64,000 bases of DNA from Longimicrobiales bacterium (GTDB taxonomy: Bacteria; Gemmatimonadota; Gemmatimonadetes; Longimicrobiales; Gaopeijiaceae), in the NCBI GenBank assembly GCA_965211905.1, contig CBDBTX010000002.1, forward strand, positions 820,248 to 884,247, in the 5' to 3' direction. Below the pieces are notes generated by a model. It made no database searches. It worked only from the letters and a program-made list of their open reading frames with translations, and was not told the DNA's origin. The position numbers and the translations under genes are program-made. This document shows, in pieces, positions 19,204 to 27,787 of this stretch. Each line of letters starts with the position of its first letter. The first letter of the stretch is position 1.

Positions 19204-20439
19204 ATGCGACGTTCCCAGGGGCCGCTGTTGGTCGCAGGCTTTGTGGTTCTCTCCGCGCTCTTTGCAGTGCCGGCCCTGCGCGACGCCGCCACCCATCAAC
19301 CCTTCCCCCCCGCCACCCTCCACCACCCGCCCGGCTACCTCCTCGGCGCGCCCCTCTTCGGCCTCTGGGACACGCTGTCCCGTCTCACGGTGAGTCAGCA
19401 CTACGCGGTGCTGGCGACGGTGATCGTGCTGTACCTCGCCCACCGGCTCGTTGCGGCCCGCGCCCCACGCCGCCGCCTCGCCCGGGAAGCCCTCCTCGCC
19501 GTCGGCGCCCTCGCCGCCCTGCTCGCCTTCTACGCGGCCGCCGCCCTCATCCCGCGCCCCATGGCCGCCATCCGGCTGGCCGACCCCGACCTCGTCGCGG
19601 TGGACTTCCATTCGCACACCAACCGCTCCCACGACGGGTGGTCCCTCTTCACGGCGGCCCGCAACCGCGCCTGGCACGAAGCCGGCGGCTTCCACGCGGC
19701 CTACGTCACCGACCACTACACCTGGGCGGGTGTCGACGATGCCCTGCCCGAGAACCCCGCGCGCGCCAGCGACCGCACGGTGATGCTCAGCGGCATGGAG
19801 GTACGGCTGCGCAACCGCCACACCAACATCCTCGGCGACCGCGACCGCTACGTCTTCGCGCTCGACAGCACCTGGCACCACCTCGACCCGGACTCGATCG
19901 CCGCCGCGTACCGCCGCGGCGCGGCTCCCCCGACCATGCTGTACGCGCTCCCCGGCCCGCTCGACCAGATTGTCGCGCTCGGGCCCGGTTCCCCGGCCGG
20001 CGTCATCGGCGTCGAGCTCAGCGACGGCGCGCCGCGCGGCCTCGAGCAGGTCCGTTCGCAACGGCGCGAGATCCTTGCCCTCGCCGACTCGCTCGATCTG
20101 GCGGTGGTGGCAGGCACCAACCTCCACGGATGGGGACGCACCGTCGCGGCCTGGAGCGTGATGCGGCTCCCCGGCTGGCGCGACATGTCGCCGGACGAGC
20201 TCGGCAGCGCGATCGAGGGTGCCCTGCACCGGGAACGGCGCCGGGCGGTCACGGTGGTGGAACGTCCGATGCCGTACCACGAAGGGTCGGCGATCAAGCT
20301 GGTGGCCACCGTGCCGCTGCTGCTATGGTCGCACTTCCTCACCCTGACACCCTGGGAACGCGCGTCCTGGCTGGCCTGGTGCGCGATCTGGGCCGCCGTG
20401 CGGGTTCATCGTGTCGGCGGCCACACCCGAGCCCAGTGA
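19204..20439 (+). CDS. Membrane-anchored PHP/CehA-like metallohydrolase (putative)
   Basis: N-terminal TM segments followed by VAVDFHSHTNRSHDGW, a PHP-type HxH..D motif. A GTG at 19189 is an alternative start. Confidence 0.55.
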   Translation: MRRSQGPLLVAGFVVLSALFAVPALRDAATHQPFPPATLHHPPGYLLGAPLFGLWDTLSRLTVSQHYAVLATVIVLYLAHRLVAARAPRRRLAREALLAVGALAALLAFYAAAALIPRPMAAIRLADPDLVAVDFHSHTNRSHDGWSLFTAARNRAWHEAGGFHAAYVTDHYTWAGVDDALPENPARASDRTVMLSGMEVRLRNRHTNILGDRDRYVFALDSTWHHLDPDSIAAAYRRGAAPPTMLYALPGPLDQIVALGPGSPAGVIGVELSDGAPRGLEQVRSQRREILALADSLDLAVVAGTNLHGWGRTVAAWSVMRLPGWRDMSPDELGSAIEGALHRERRRAVTVVERPMPYHEGSAIKLVATVPLLLWSHFLTLTPWERASWLAWCAIWAAVRVHRVGGHTRAQ

Positions 20440-20442
20440 CCC

Positions 20443-21039
20443 ATGACCACCTTCACCGTCTACCTCCGCCTCGGCTTCGAGCACCTCCTCGACCTCCAGG
20501 GGTACGACCACATCCTCTTTCTCGCGGCGCTGTGCGCGGCCTATTCGCTCACGCGGTGGCGCGAACTGCTCGTGCTTGTGACCGCTTTCACAATCGGCCA
20601 TTCGGTCTCGCTGGCACTGGCCACCCTGCGGCTGGTGCGGGTCGACACCGGACTCGTCGAGTTCCTCATCCCGGTGACGATCGTGGCCACGGCGGTGGTG
20701 AATCTGGTGGCAATGCGGCGCGAGGATCCGTCCGAGCACCGGGTCTCCGCACGCCCCGCCCGCTACGCGCTTGCGCTCGTCTTCGGCATCATCCACGGCC
20801 TCGGCTTCTCCAGCTTCCTCCGCCTGGTGCTGGGCGAGGAGCGCAACATTTTCCTGCCCCTGCTGTCGTTCAACGTCGGGCTCGAAGTCGCGCAGATCGT
20901 GGTCGCGGGGGCGGTGCTGGCGCTGGCGTTTGCGGCCACCCGCGGGCTTCAGCTGTCGGACAAGGCCTGGAATGTCGTGTTGTCGGTCGTGACCGGGGCG
21001 ACGGCGGCCTGGATGGCGGTGCAGCGGCTGCCGGTGTGA
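20443..21039 (+). CDS. HupE/UreJ-family membrane protein
   Basis: 198 aa and multi-TM. N-terminal GFEHLL..GYDHILFLAALC and GIIHGLGFS motifs. Confidence 0.75.
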   Translation: MTTFTVYLRLGFEHLLDLQGYDHILFLAALCAAYSLTRWRELLVLVTAFTIGHSVSLALATLRLVRVDTGLVEFLIPVTIVATAVVNLVAMRREDPSEHRVSARPARYALALVFGIIHGLGFSSFLRLVLGEERNIFLPLLSFNVGLEVAQIVVAGAVLALAFAATRGLQLSDKAWNVVLSVVTGATAAWMAVQRLPV

Positions 21040-21041
21040 GG

Positions 21042-21125
21042 TTGGCGCCAGGAACCTGGAAGAGTATCCTCAAACAGGCGAGACTACGGCCTGCAGGTGG
21101 GACTACGAATGGAGGGATTTCATGA
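21042..21125 (+). pseudogene. hicA toxin remnant (only the C-terminal ~27 codons remain)
   Basis: The frame that ends in a TGA overlapping the hicB ATG (ATGA) reads LAPGTWKSILKQARL. This matches the conserved HicA C-terminus (pGTlrsIlkQAGL). The 5' part is replaced by the end of hupE/ureJ. Confidence 0.55.
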
Positions 21126-21343
21126 CATACGCGATCGTCATTGAGCCAACCGACAACGGTTACTCGGCCTACGCCCCAGACCTTCCAGGATGCGTCGCCG
21201 CCGCGGACTCCTACGAGGACGCAGAGAAGCTGATCCGCGAGGCGGTCGTCTTCCATCTCGATTCCCTGCGCGAGTACGGTGACCCGGTTCCCGAACCCCG
21301 CACTGGTGTCGGGTCGGTGGAGGTGGAAGCAGCCTCACCTTAG
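21122..21343 (+). CDS. hicB: HicB-family antitoxin (short form, no DNA-binding domain)
   Basis: MTYAIVIEPTDNGYSAYAPDLPGCVAAADSYEDAEKLIREAV is the typical HicB N-terminal fold sequence. Confidence 0.85.
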   Translation: MTYAIVIEPTDNGYSAYAPDLPGCVAAADSYEDAEKLIREAVVFHLDSLREYGDPVPEPRTGVGSVEVEAASP

Positions 21344-21527
21344 CACCGCGGTGCGCACCCAATCCCCGTCCTTGACGAAACTCGGCTTCTCGCAGACGGG
21401 TCTACGCGGCTCACGCCCGATTGCCCAACCCGAAACCCCGTTACTACCTTGAATCCCGGCGGCCCCACGCCGCCCGGAACACCCGCCACGGGTCGTCCTG
21501 CCAACCGAGCCACCCAGGGAGTCGTCA

Positions 21528-22868
21528 ATGTCCGTTCGGTTCAAGCCCGCATTCACCGCGGCCGCCATCCTCATCCTCTCCACCCTCGCCGCCCCCGCCC
21601 ACGCCCAGTGGACGGCCTCCAAACCCGGCAGCGACAACATGGATATCCTGGGCCACATCCCGCTGGGCCCCCGCCTCTCCGTTGCCGACCTGGACCTGGA
21701 GCAGGAACTCCACCGCCCCTACGCCTACGTCGCCCGCATGGTCTACGGCGACGTCGGCCCCAAGGGCCTCGACATCATCTCGATCGCCAACCCCGAAAGC
21801 CCCGAGTTGCTCTACGAATGGCGGATCGAGAACCAGGACCTCCACATGCGCACCGGCGGCATGGACGTGAAGCACTTCAAGATCGGCGACCGCTACTACG
21901 TGGTGCAGTCGCTGCAGTTCGGTCAGGGCGGCCCCAACACCGACATGGGCGCGGTTGTGCTCGACGTGACCGGCCTCCCCGATCCCTCCACCGTCCGCGA
22001 GGTGGCCAGGATCCGCGAGCCCGACCTGCCGGGCGGCTTCCACAACATCTTCATCTACAAGCATTCCGACGGTCGCGTGCTTCTCTTCTCGACGGTCAGC
22101 GCGCCATATGCCCACATCTACGACCTGGCCAGGGTGGTCGAGGGCGACCTCGACAACGCGCTGGTCGGCCGCGTGCCGGTCCCCGAGACCGAATTCAGCC
22201 GCGCCGGCCGCGGATACCACGACTTCTACGTCGGCTATCACCCCGACACCGGCGAGGACCGCTTCTACGGCGGCGGCACCGGCGGCTACTTCATCTACGA
22301 CGTCACGGACATCGAGAACCCCGAACTGCGGATCACGCTGGCGGGCGTCCGCGGCGTGCGCGGTGGCCACACCTTCACGCCCAGTCCCGACGGACGGTTC
22401 GTAATCGCCGAGACCGAGTACCAGTACGCACCGATCCGCATCTTCGACCTCCAGCCGGCCCTCGACGGCGAGGTGACCAACATCAACCAGCCCATCTCGG
22501 CCTGGACCGCCGACTGGGAGAACCTCATCCACAACCACGAGGTGCGCTGGCCCTACGTCTTCGCCTCGGGCTACCTCGACGGCCTGCAGATCTTCTCGCT
22601 CATGGACCCCGAAAACCCGGTCACCGTCGGCTACTACGACACCTATGTCGGCCCGCCCAACAAGGACCGCCCGGGGGTCTTCAACGGCGCCTTCGGAGTC
22701 GACATCCGCAACGCCGACGGCCTGATCGTGGTCAGCGACATGACCACCGGTTTCTGGACCTTCCGCATGGACGGATTCAGCGGCTGGAACGGCGAGCAAT
22801 GGGGCGTGCCCAACATTTCGTCCGCGCAGGACTGGGACCGCGGGCCGATCCGGCGGCCGGTGAGCTGA
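21528..22868 (+). CDS. Secreted beta-propeller protein, LVIVD-repeat-like
   Basis: Signal peptide ending AHAQ. Repeated hydrophobic-D motifs such as GLIVVSDMTTGFWTF, similar to LVIVD repeats. Confidence 0.5.
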   Translation: MSVRFKPAFTAAAILILSTLAAPAHAQWTASKPGSDNMDILGHIPLGPRLSVADLDLEQELHRPYAYVARMVYGDVGPKGLDIISIANPESPELLYEWRIENQDLHMRTGGMDVKHFKIGDRYYVVQSLQFGQGGPNTDMGAVVLDVTGLPDPSTVREVARIREPDLPGGFHNIFIYKHSDGRVLLFSTVSAPYAHIYDLARVVEGDLDNALVGRVPVPETEFSRAGRGYHDFYVGYHPDTGEDRFYGGGTGGYFIYDVTDIENPELRITLAGVRGVRGGHTFTPSPDGRFVIAETEYQYAPIRIFDLQPALDGEVTNINQPISAWTADWENLIHNHEVRWPYVFASGYLDGLQIFSLMDPENPVTVGYYDTYVGPPNKDRPGVFNGAFGVDIRNADGLIVVSDMTTGFWTFRMDGFSGWNGEQWGVPNISSAQDWDRGPIRRPVS

Positions 22869-22887
22869 ACGGCGGAGTTCGAGGAGG

Positions 22888-23526
22888 ATGAGGATGAGCG
22901 GATCCGGGGCACCGGGAGGGTTCGCGGCGCTGGCGGCGCTGCTCGTCGTTGCGGCGCCGGTCCGGAACGCCGAGGGGGGCTGGCGGGTGGCCGACTCGCC
23001 GGCCGAGGTGGCCGGGGGCGTGGCCCTCTGCGGCGCGCTCGACGGCGCTGACGCGGCTCTGCGCCCCGGCCTCCGGCCCGGCCCCGAGTACTACCAGTTC
23101 CCCATGGTCTCGACCAGACGGGTTCCCGGCACCGGCAACGCGAGCGGCGTCGGCGAGGTCGCCTTCTCGCCGTCGCCATACGGCATCGCGCTCGGGACGG
23201 ACGGGAGCTACCACTACGACTTCACCGTCCGCTTCGAGCGCCTCAGCCCGGCGCGCGGCGGCACCTACGTCGTGTGGACCACCACCCCCGAACTGGACCA
23301 GGTCGCCCTCGCCGGCGAACTGACCAACCCCGCGAGCTTCAGCGGCCAGGTCGCCTGGAACAAGTTCCTCGTGGTGGTCACGCTGGAACCCGCCTTCGAC
23401 CCCGACGCGACCATGTGGTCGGGCCCCATCGTCATCCGCGGCATGTCCCGCAGCGGCATGATGCACACCATGGCCGGCCACGGCCCCTTCGAGGTGAAGA
23501 ACTGCGCCGCCTACGGGTATGAGTAG
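22888..23526 (+). CDS. Secreted hypothetical protein with a C-terminal Met/His-rich motif
   Basis: Signal-like N-terminus. RGMSRSGMMHTMAGHG near the C-terminus. It overlaps the multicopper oxidase start by 8 nt. Confidence 0.55.
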   Translation: MRMSGSGAPGGFAALAALLVVAAPVRNAEGGWRVADSPAEVAGGVALCGALDGADAALRPGLRPGPEYYQFPMVSTRRVPGTGNASGVGEVAFSPSPYGIALGTDGSYHYDFTVRFERLSPARGGTYVVWTTTPELDQVALAGELTNPASFSGQVAWNKFLVVVTLEPAFDPDATMWSGPIVIRGMSRSGMMHTMAGHGPFEVKNCAAYGYE

Positions 23527-25264
23527 ACGGCGCGCGCTCGCGGCCGCCGCGGCGCGCTTGTCGGTTCGGACCACGGCAGCCCGCCTCACGCCCCCGGCCG
23601 CTGCCCTCCTCGTGCTCGGGGCCGCTCTTCTTCTGCCCGCCCCGCACGCCGCCGCCCAGGAGATGGACCACGCCGCCCACATGATGATGGACGGCGGCTG
23701 GCGCATGCCCCCCATGGACCCGAACATGCCCATGATCCCGGGTCTGGAGATGGCTCTGCCACCGGTTGAGCCCTTCCTCGCGGCGGCCGGAATCGACGTC
23801 ATGACCCTCCCCGAGGCCCGCCCCAGCGAGGTCGTCCACCTCGCGGCGGGCGACACCTTCAACGTCGACGTCACCATCGTGCGGCGCACGCTGCACGGCC
23901 ACACGGCGGCCATGTACGGCTACAACGGCCAGCACCCCGGCCCCCTCATCCAGGCGCCGCAGGGCTCGACCGTCGTGGTGCGCGTCACGAACCGGATCGA
24001 GAGTCCCACGACCGTGCACTGGCATGGCCTCCGCCTCGAGAACCGCTTCGACGGCGTCGAGACGCTGACCCAGGACCCGATCGAGGTCGGCGAGTCGTTC
24101 GTCTACGAGTTGCGCGTGCCCGACGCGGGGATGTTCTGGTACCACCCCCACATGCGCGAGGACGTGCAGCAGGACCTCGGCCTCTACGGCAACCTCCTCG
24201 TCGACTCGCCCGATCCGGACTATTACGGCCCCGCCCACCGCCAGGAGATGCTCGTCCTGGACGACATCCTGATGGACGACCAGGGCTTCATCCCGTGGGG
24301 CAGGGAAGCGCCGACCCACGCGCTCATGGGGCGTTTCGGCAATGTCATGCTCGTGAACGGCGTGACCGGGCACGGGCTGCAGGTTCGCCTTGGCGAGGTG
24401 GTCCGCTTCTTCATGACCAACGTCGCCAACACCCGCACCTTCAACGTGACCTTCGGGTCGGCGCGGGTGAAGCTGGTCGCGTCGGATCTGGGCCGCTTCG
24501 AGCGCGAGAGCCTGGTGTCGAGCGTGGTGATCGCGCCGGCCGAGCGGTACGTGGTGGACGTGGTCTTCCCTGAGGAAGGGGAGGTGGCGATCGCGAACAC
24601 AATCCAGGCCATCAACCACTTCCGCGGCGAGTTCTACCCGCACGTGGACACCCTGGCGCTGGTCACCGTCGCCGGACCGCCCGTCGCCGACGAGGTCACC
24701 GAGGCCTATGCGACGCTGCGTGGCATCGACGAAGTCGCGGTCGAAGCGGCGGCCATGCGCTCACATGCCGGCCGCGCCCCCGACTACACCCTCGAAGCCA
24801 CCGTGCGGGTCCAGGGGCTCCCGCTCCCGATCATCCGCTCGATGGAGATGGACACCCTCTACATCCCTCCAATGGAGTGGAACGACGCGATGCCCATGAT
24901 GAACTGGCTCTCATCGGGGAACCAGGTCACATGGATCCTGCGAGACCTGGCCACCGGCCGCGAGAACGAGGACATCCACTGGACCTTCCGGCGCGGCGAC
25001 CTCGTGAAGATCCGCGTCTTCAACTCGCCCGACTCCTTCCATCCCATGAACCACCCCATCCATGTCCACGGCCAGCGGTTCGTGGTGCTCGCGCGCGACG
25101 ACGTTCCCAACGACAACCTGGTCTGGAAGGACACGGCGATCCTGCCCGTCGGGTCGACCATGGACATCCTCGTCGAGATGTCGAACCCCGGCGACTGGAT
25201 GCTGCACTGTCACATCGCGGAGCACCTCGGCGCAGGGATGATGTTCCACTTTACGGTGGAGTAG
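23519..25264 (+). CDS. Multicopper oxidase (CopA/CueO-like) with a Met-rich N-terminal region
   Basis: Tat-like MSRRRALAAAA. HWHGLRL, HPIHVHGQRF and LHCHIAEHLGAGMM copper-binding motifs. Met-rich stretch HMMMDGGWRMPPMDPNMPMIPGLEM. Confidence 0.9.
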   Translation: MSRRRALAAAAARLSVRTTAARLTPPAAALLVLGAALLLPAPHAAAQEMDHAAHMMMDGGWRMPPMDPNMPMIPGLEMALPPVEPFLAAAGIDVMTLPEARPSEVVHLAAGDTFNVDVTIVRRTLHGHTAAMYGYNGQHPGPLIQAPQGSTVVVRVTNRIESPTTVHWHGLRLENRFDGVETLTQDPIEVGESFVYELRVPDAGMFWYHPHMREDVQQDLGLYGNLLVDSPDPDYYGPAHRQEMLVLDDILMDDQGFIPWGREAPTHALMGRFGNVMLVNGVTGHGLQVRLGEVVRFFMTNVANTRTFNVTFGSARVKLVASDLGRFERESLVSSVVIAPAERYVVDVVFPEEGEVAIANTIQAINHFRGEFYPHVDTLALVTVAGPPVADEVTEAYATLRGIDEVAVEAAAMRSHAGRAPDYTLEATVRVQGLPLPIIRSMEMDTLYIPPMEWNDAMPMMNWLSSGNQVTWILRDLATGRENEDIHWTFRRGDLVKIRVFNSPDSFHPMNHPIHVHGQRFVVLARDDVPNDNLVWKDTAILPVGSTMDILVEMSNPGDWMLHCHIAEHLGAGMMFHFTVE

Positions 25265-25424
25265 CGGGGGGCAGGAACGCTCCATCAAGGGCCGAGGAGG
25301 AGGTGATCCTTGGCTACGCGAAGGTGGCCAAAGGAGCGGAACTCGGCGATCTTGGCGGAACATGGATCCTAGCCGAGGAGGCCCGCATAATCCCCATGGA
25401 AGACATCCTCCGGCCCGTCGGTAC

Positions 25425-25625
25425 GTTACGCTCATATATTGATCTAAATATGATACTATTATGTATGCTAGAGTGTCTATCATATCCTTATCTTAGTATA
25501 CGGCTAAAACTATGGTATATAACGAGTTATCAGTACACCCATTGTCGAGACACCAATATATTATCGACTATCTAATCATATAATATGCGTATATTCTATT
25601 TAATATGAGCATATCAGCCTTGGAT
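25425..25625. other. Strongly AT-rich block marking a compositional break (island boundary)
   Basis: About 200 bp dominated by A/T (tatattgatctaaatatgatactattatg...) in an otherwise GC-rich window. GCTCATAT ... ATATGAGC inverted 8-mers lie near its two ends. Confidence 0.7.
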
Positions 25626-25804
25626 TGCAAATGGATGCCATTGTTCCGCCTTGTCCTAATAGCACGTTGATAGGCCAAAAGATGCCTATATTGGCAACCA
25701 GTTCCATTGTACCGAGCTGGACCCCCCTCATCCCTGCTCCTTGTTGCGACCCTTGTGCGATCACTATATCGTTTTTTCGGATCGTATTGCTATCGTACTG
25801 ACTG

Positions 25805-25832
25805 TTGACATGCGCGATACACATGCTATCAT
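25805..25832 (+). promoter_or_regulatory. Sigma-70-like promoter for the island operon
   Basis: TTGACA (25805-25810), a 16-nt spacer, then TATCAT (25827-25832), about 40 nt upstream of the AAAGGA RBS and the ATG at 25874. Confidence 0.6.
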
Positions 25833-25873
25833 TAGTGGGTAGCATCCACAGACCCTATAGCGAAAGGACAGAC

Positions 25874-26398
25874 ATGGACGTGGAAATGGAAATCCGAGCG
25901 ATGAAGCGAATTGCAGGAATCCTCGACGATTTCGGAGATGCAACCGACAGCGACGCCCTGGCGCGGATTCTCACCTGGGTGACGGCGCGGTACGGGAATC
26001 CTTCTGTTCCTGTTTCCTCGCCGGGAACCTCGGCCGTGACGGAAGCGGAGGAACCTGAAGGAGCGGAGAGATTCGTGAATCTGGCGGAGTTGATTGATGC
26101 CGCCGCCCCGAGGACGGACGCAGATCGGGCGCTGGTTGTCGGCTACTGGCTGACGAGGTCGAACGGGGATGGAGACTTCCGGTCGCGGGAGGTAAACGCA
26201 GAGTTGAGGAACTTCGGTCATCGGGCAGCCAATATCACTTCCGTGTTCACTCGGCTCATGAACCGAAAACCCGCGCTGGTAATGCAGACGGCGAAGACAG
26301 GCACTACGCGACAGGCTCGGAAACGGTACAGACTCACTCGAGCCGGTCGTGATGCGGTAGAGCGAATGATCGACGCCGCGCGGGGATCCGAAGCTTGA
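25874..26398 (+). CDS. Hypothetical protein A: short helical N-domain, acidic/Pro linker, C-terminal winged-helix-like domain
   Basis: ATG at 25874 with an AAAGGA RBS. GC is lower than the flanks. The C-terminus ...RKRYRLTRAGRDAVERM is a wHTH wing-like motif. Paralogous to protein C. Confidence 0.65.
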   Translation: MDVEMEIRAMKRIAGILDDFGDATDSDALARILTWVTARYGNPSVPVSSPGTSAVTEAEEPEGAERFVNLAELIDAAAPRTDADRALVVGYWLTRSNGDGDFRSREVNAELRNFGHRAANITSVFTRLMNRKPALVMQTAKTGTTRQARKRYRLTRAGRDAVERMIDAARGSEA

Positions 26399-27174
26399 GT
26401 AGGGGACACTCCTCGGTAGACGTGCTACGGAACCGGCTGGGGGCGTCTCTCAACGACGGCTTGGTGGACGAGTTGTTGGCAGCCTACCGTGAGGCTAAAA
26501 GAAACCATTACCTCGGTGGGCACCGGCTGAGCGCAGTAGAAGGGGGACGCTTCTGCGAGGCGGCCTATCGCATCCTTCAAGACGTAACTACTGGTGCCTT
26601 CACACCACTGGGCAGCACTCTCAACGCCGAAAGAGTCACCCAACAGCTCGCCAACTACCCGGTCGGGTCCTTCCCGGACTCGGTCCGTTTGCACATACCC
26701 CGAGCCTTGCGGGTGATCTACGATGTCCGCAACAACCGAGACGCTGCCCACTTGGCAGATGGGATTGATGCCAACGTTCAAGACTCCAACTTGGTGGTGG
26801 GCATTCTCGACTGGGTACTGGCTGAGTTCGTGCGGCTCTACCACCACTTAGAGCCACGAGAAGCGCACGAGTTGATAGTCGGGCTGGTGACTCGGAACGC
26901 TCCGGTCATTGAAGACTCCGATGGATTCCTAAAAGTGTTGAATCCCCGCCTTCGGGCCGGTGAACACTGTCTCGTGGTACTCTACCAGAGAGATCGCGCG
27001 GGTGCCACGTACGAAGAACTCCTGAAGTGGGCGCGCCCTCCGATGCGCGGCCACCTGCGGAGGACACTGCGCCGCTTGGAGCACACGCTGGCCCTTGTCC
27101 ACAGTAACAACGAGAGGTATCGAATCACCATCAGCGGAAAACGCGAGGTCGAGCGGAAACGCCTCTTCGCCTAG
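26395..27174 (+). CDS. Hypothetical protein B: HEPN/DUF4145-like N-domain plus a C-terminal winged-helix-like domain
   Basis: The TTG start overlaps the stop of A (TTGA). The motif VRNNRDAAH fits the HEPN Rx4-6H pattern and lies between predicted helices. C-terminal ...NNERYRITISGKREVE. Confidence 0.6.
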   Translation: MSRGHSSVDVLRNRLGASLNDGLVDELLAAYREAKRNHYLGGHRLSAVEGGRFCEAAYRILQDVTTGAFTPLGSTLNAERVTQQLANYPVGSFPDSVRLHIPRALRVIYDVRNNRDAAHLADGIDANVQDSNLVVGILDWVLAEFVRLYHHLEPREAHELIVGLVTRNAPVIEDSDGFLKVLNPRLRAGEHCLVVLYQRDRAGATYEELLKWARPPMRGHLRRTLRRLEHTLALVHSNNERYRITISGKREVERKRLFA

Positions 27175-27248
27175 GCTCACCCCAGTCTGCACTCAACAGA
27201 CGAAGACCCACGAAGAGGAATCCTTGCCCTCCAAATGAGGAGACGGAA

Positions 27249-27755
27249 ATGACTGCACATGAGGCAAAGGTCAGATTCAGGGTTGGTAGTGTAGAGCTTG
27301 AGTATCAGGGTCCGGCCGCTTACATCGAGGATGGCCTGATCGAGTTGTTGGAGAAAGTGCTCAGCTACCGCGACGACGACGTCGACCAAAACGAACGACC
27401 CCGTGAGCCCACTCCCAATCGAGGAGAAGAGTCAGGGCGGAAGCGAGGTAACCACGATATCTCGCTGGCCACAATGATCTCTCGCTTAGGAGGTAAGACG
27501 GGTCCAGATGTGGTGTTCATGTCGGCCGCGCACTTGGCATTGTGCCAAAACAGAGGCTCGTTCTCACGAGCCGAGATACTTGAGAACGCGAAGACGGCGG
27601 TAGGCCACTACAAGAAATCGATCAGCGGTAACCTCACGAGCTACCTGAGACGGTTGCTCGCTGACGGGCGCCTTAGCCAACACTCTGACACCACCTATTC
27701 TTTGCCGGAGAGGCAGAGAAAGATAGTGGAGAATCAACTGGCCAACGCTTCATAA
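27249..27755 (+). CDS. Hypothetical protein C: paralog of protein A
   Basis: GAGGAGACGGAA RBS before the ATG. It has the same N-domain / charged linker / C-domain layout as A. C-terminal ...DTTYSLPERQRKIVE. Confidence 0.65.
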   Translation: MTAHEAKVRFRVGSVELEYQGPAAYIEDGLIELLEKVLSYRDDDVDQNERPREPTPNRGEESGRKRGNHDISLATMISRLGGKTGPDVVFMSAAHLALCQNRGSFSRAEILENAKTAVGHYKKSISGNLTSYLRRLLADGRLSQHSDTTYSLPERQRKIVENQLANAS

Positions 27756-27787
27756 GCCCAGCAAGGGGTGTGCCTGGCCCAGTGCAT

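Noticed and set aside
25270-25430. Tail of ORF 24877..25575 reading EEVILGYAKVAKGAELGDLGGTWILAEEARIIPMEDILRPV, possibly a gene remnant
   Set aside because: It is out of frame with the MCO gene and runs into the AT-rich block. It has no start context and no family is recognisable. It may be a relic, but this is not demonstrable by eye.
25600-25845. 81-aa minus-strand ORF in the island leader
   Set aside because: It overlaps the predicted promoter of the island operon and has no convincing RBS or recognisable motif. It cannot be excluded as a small divergent gene, but it is unsupported.
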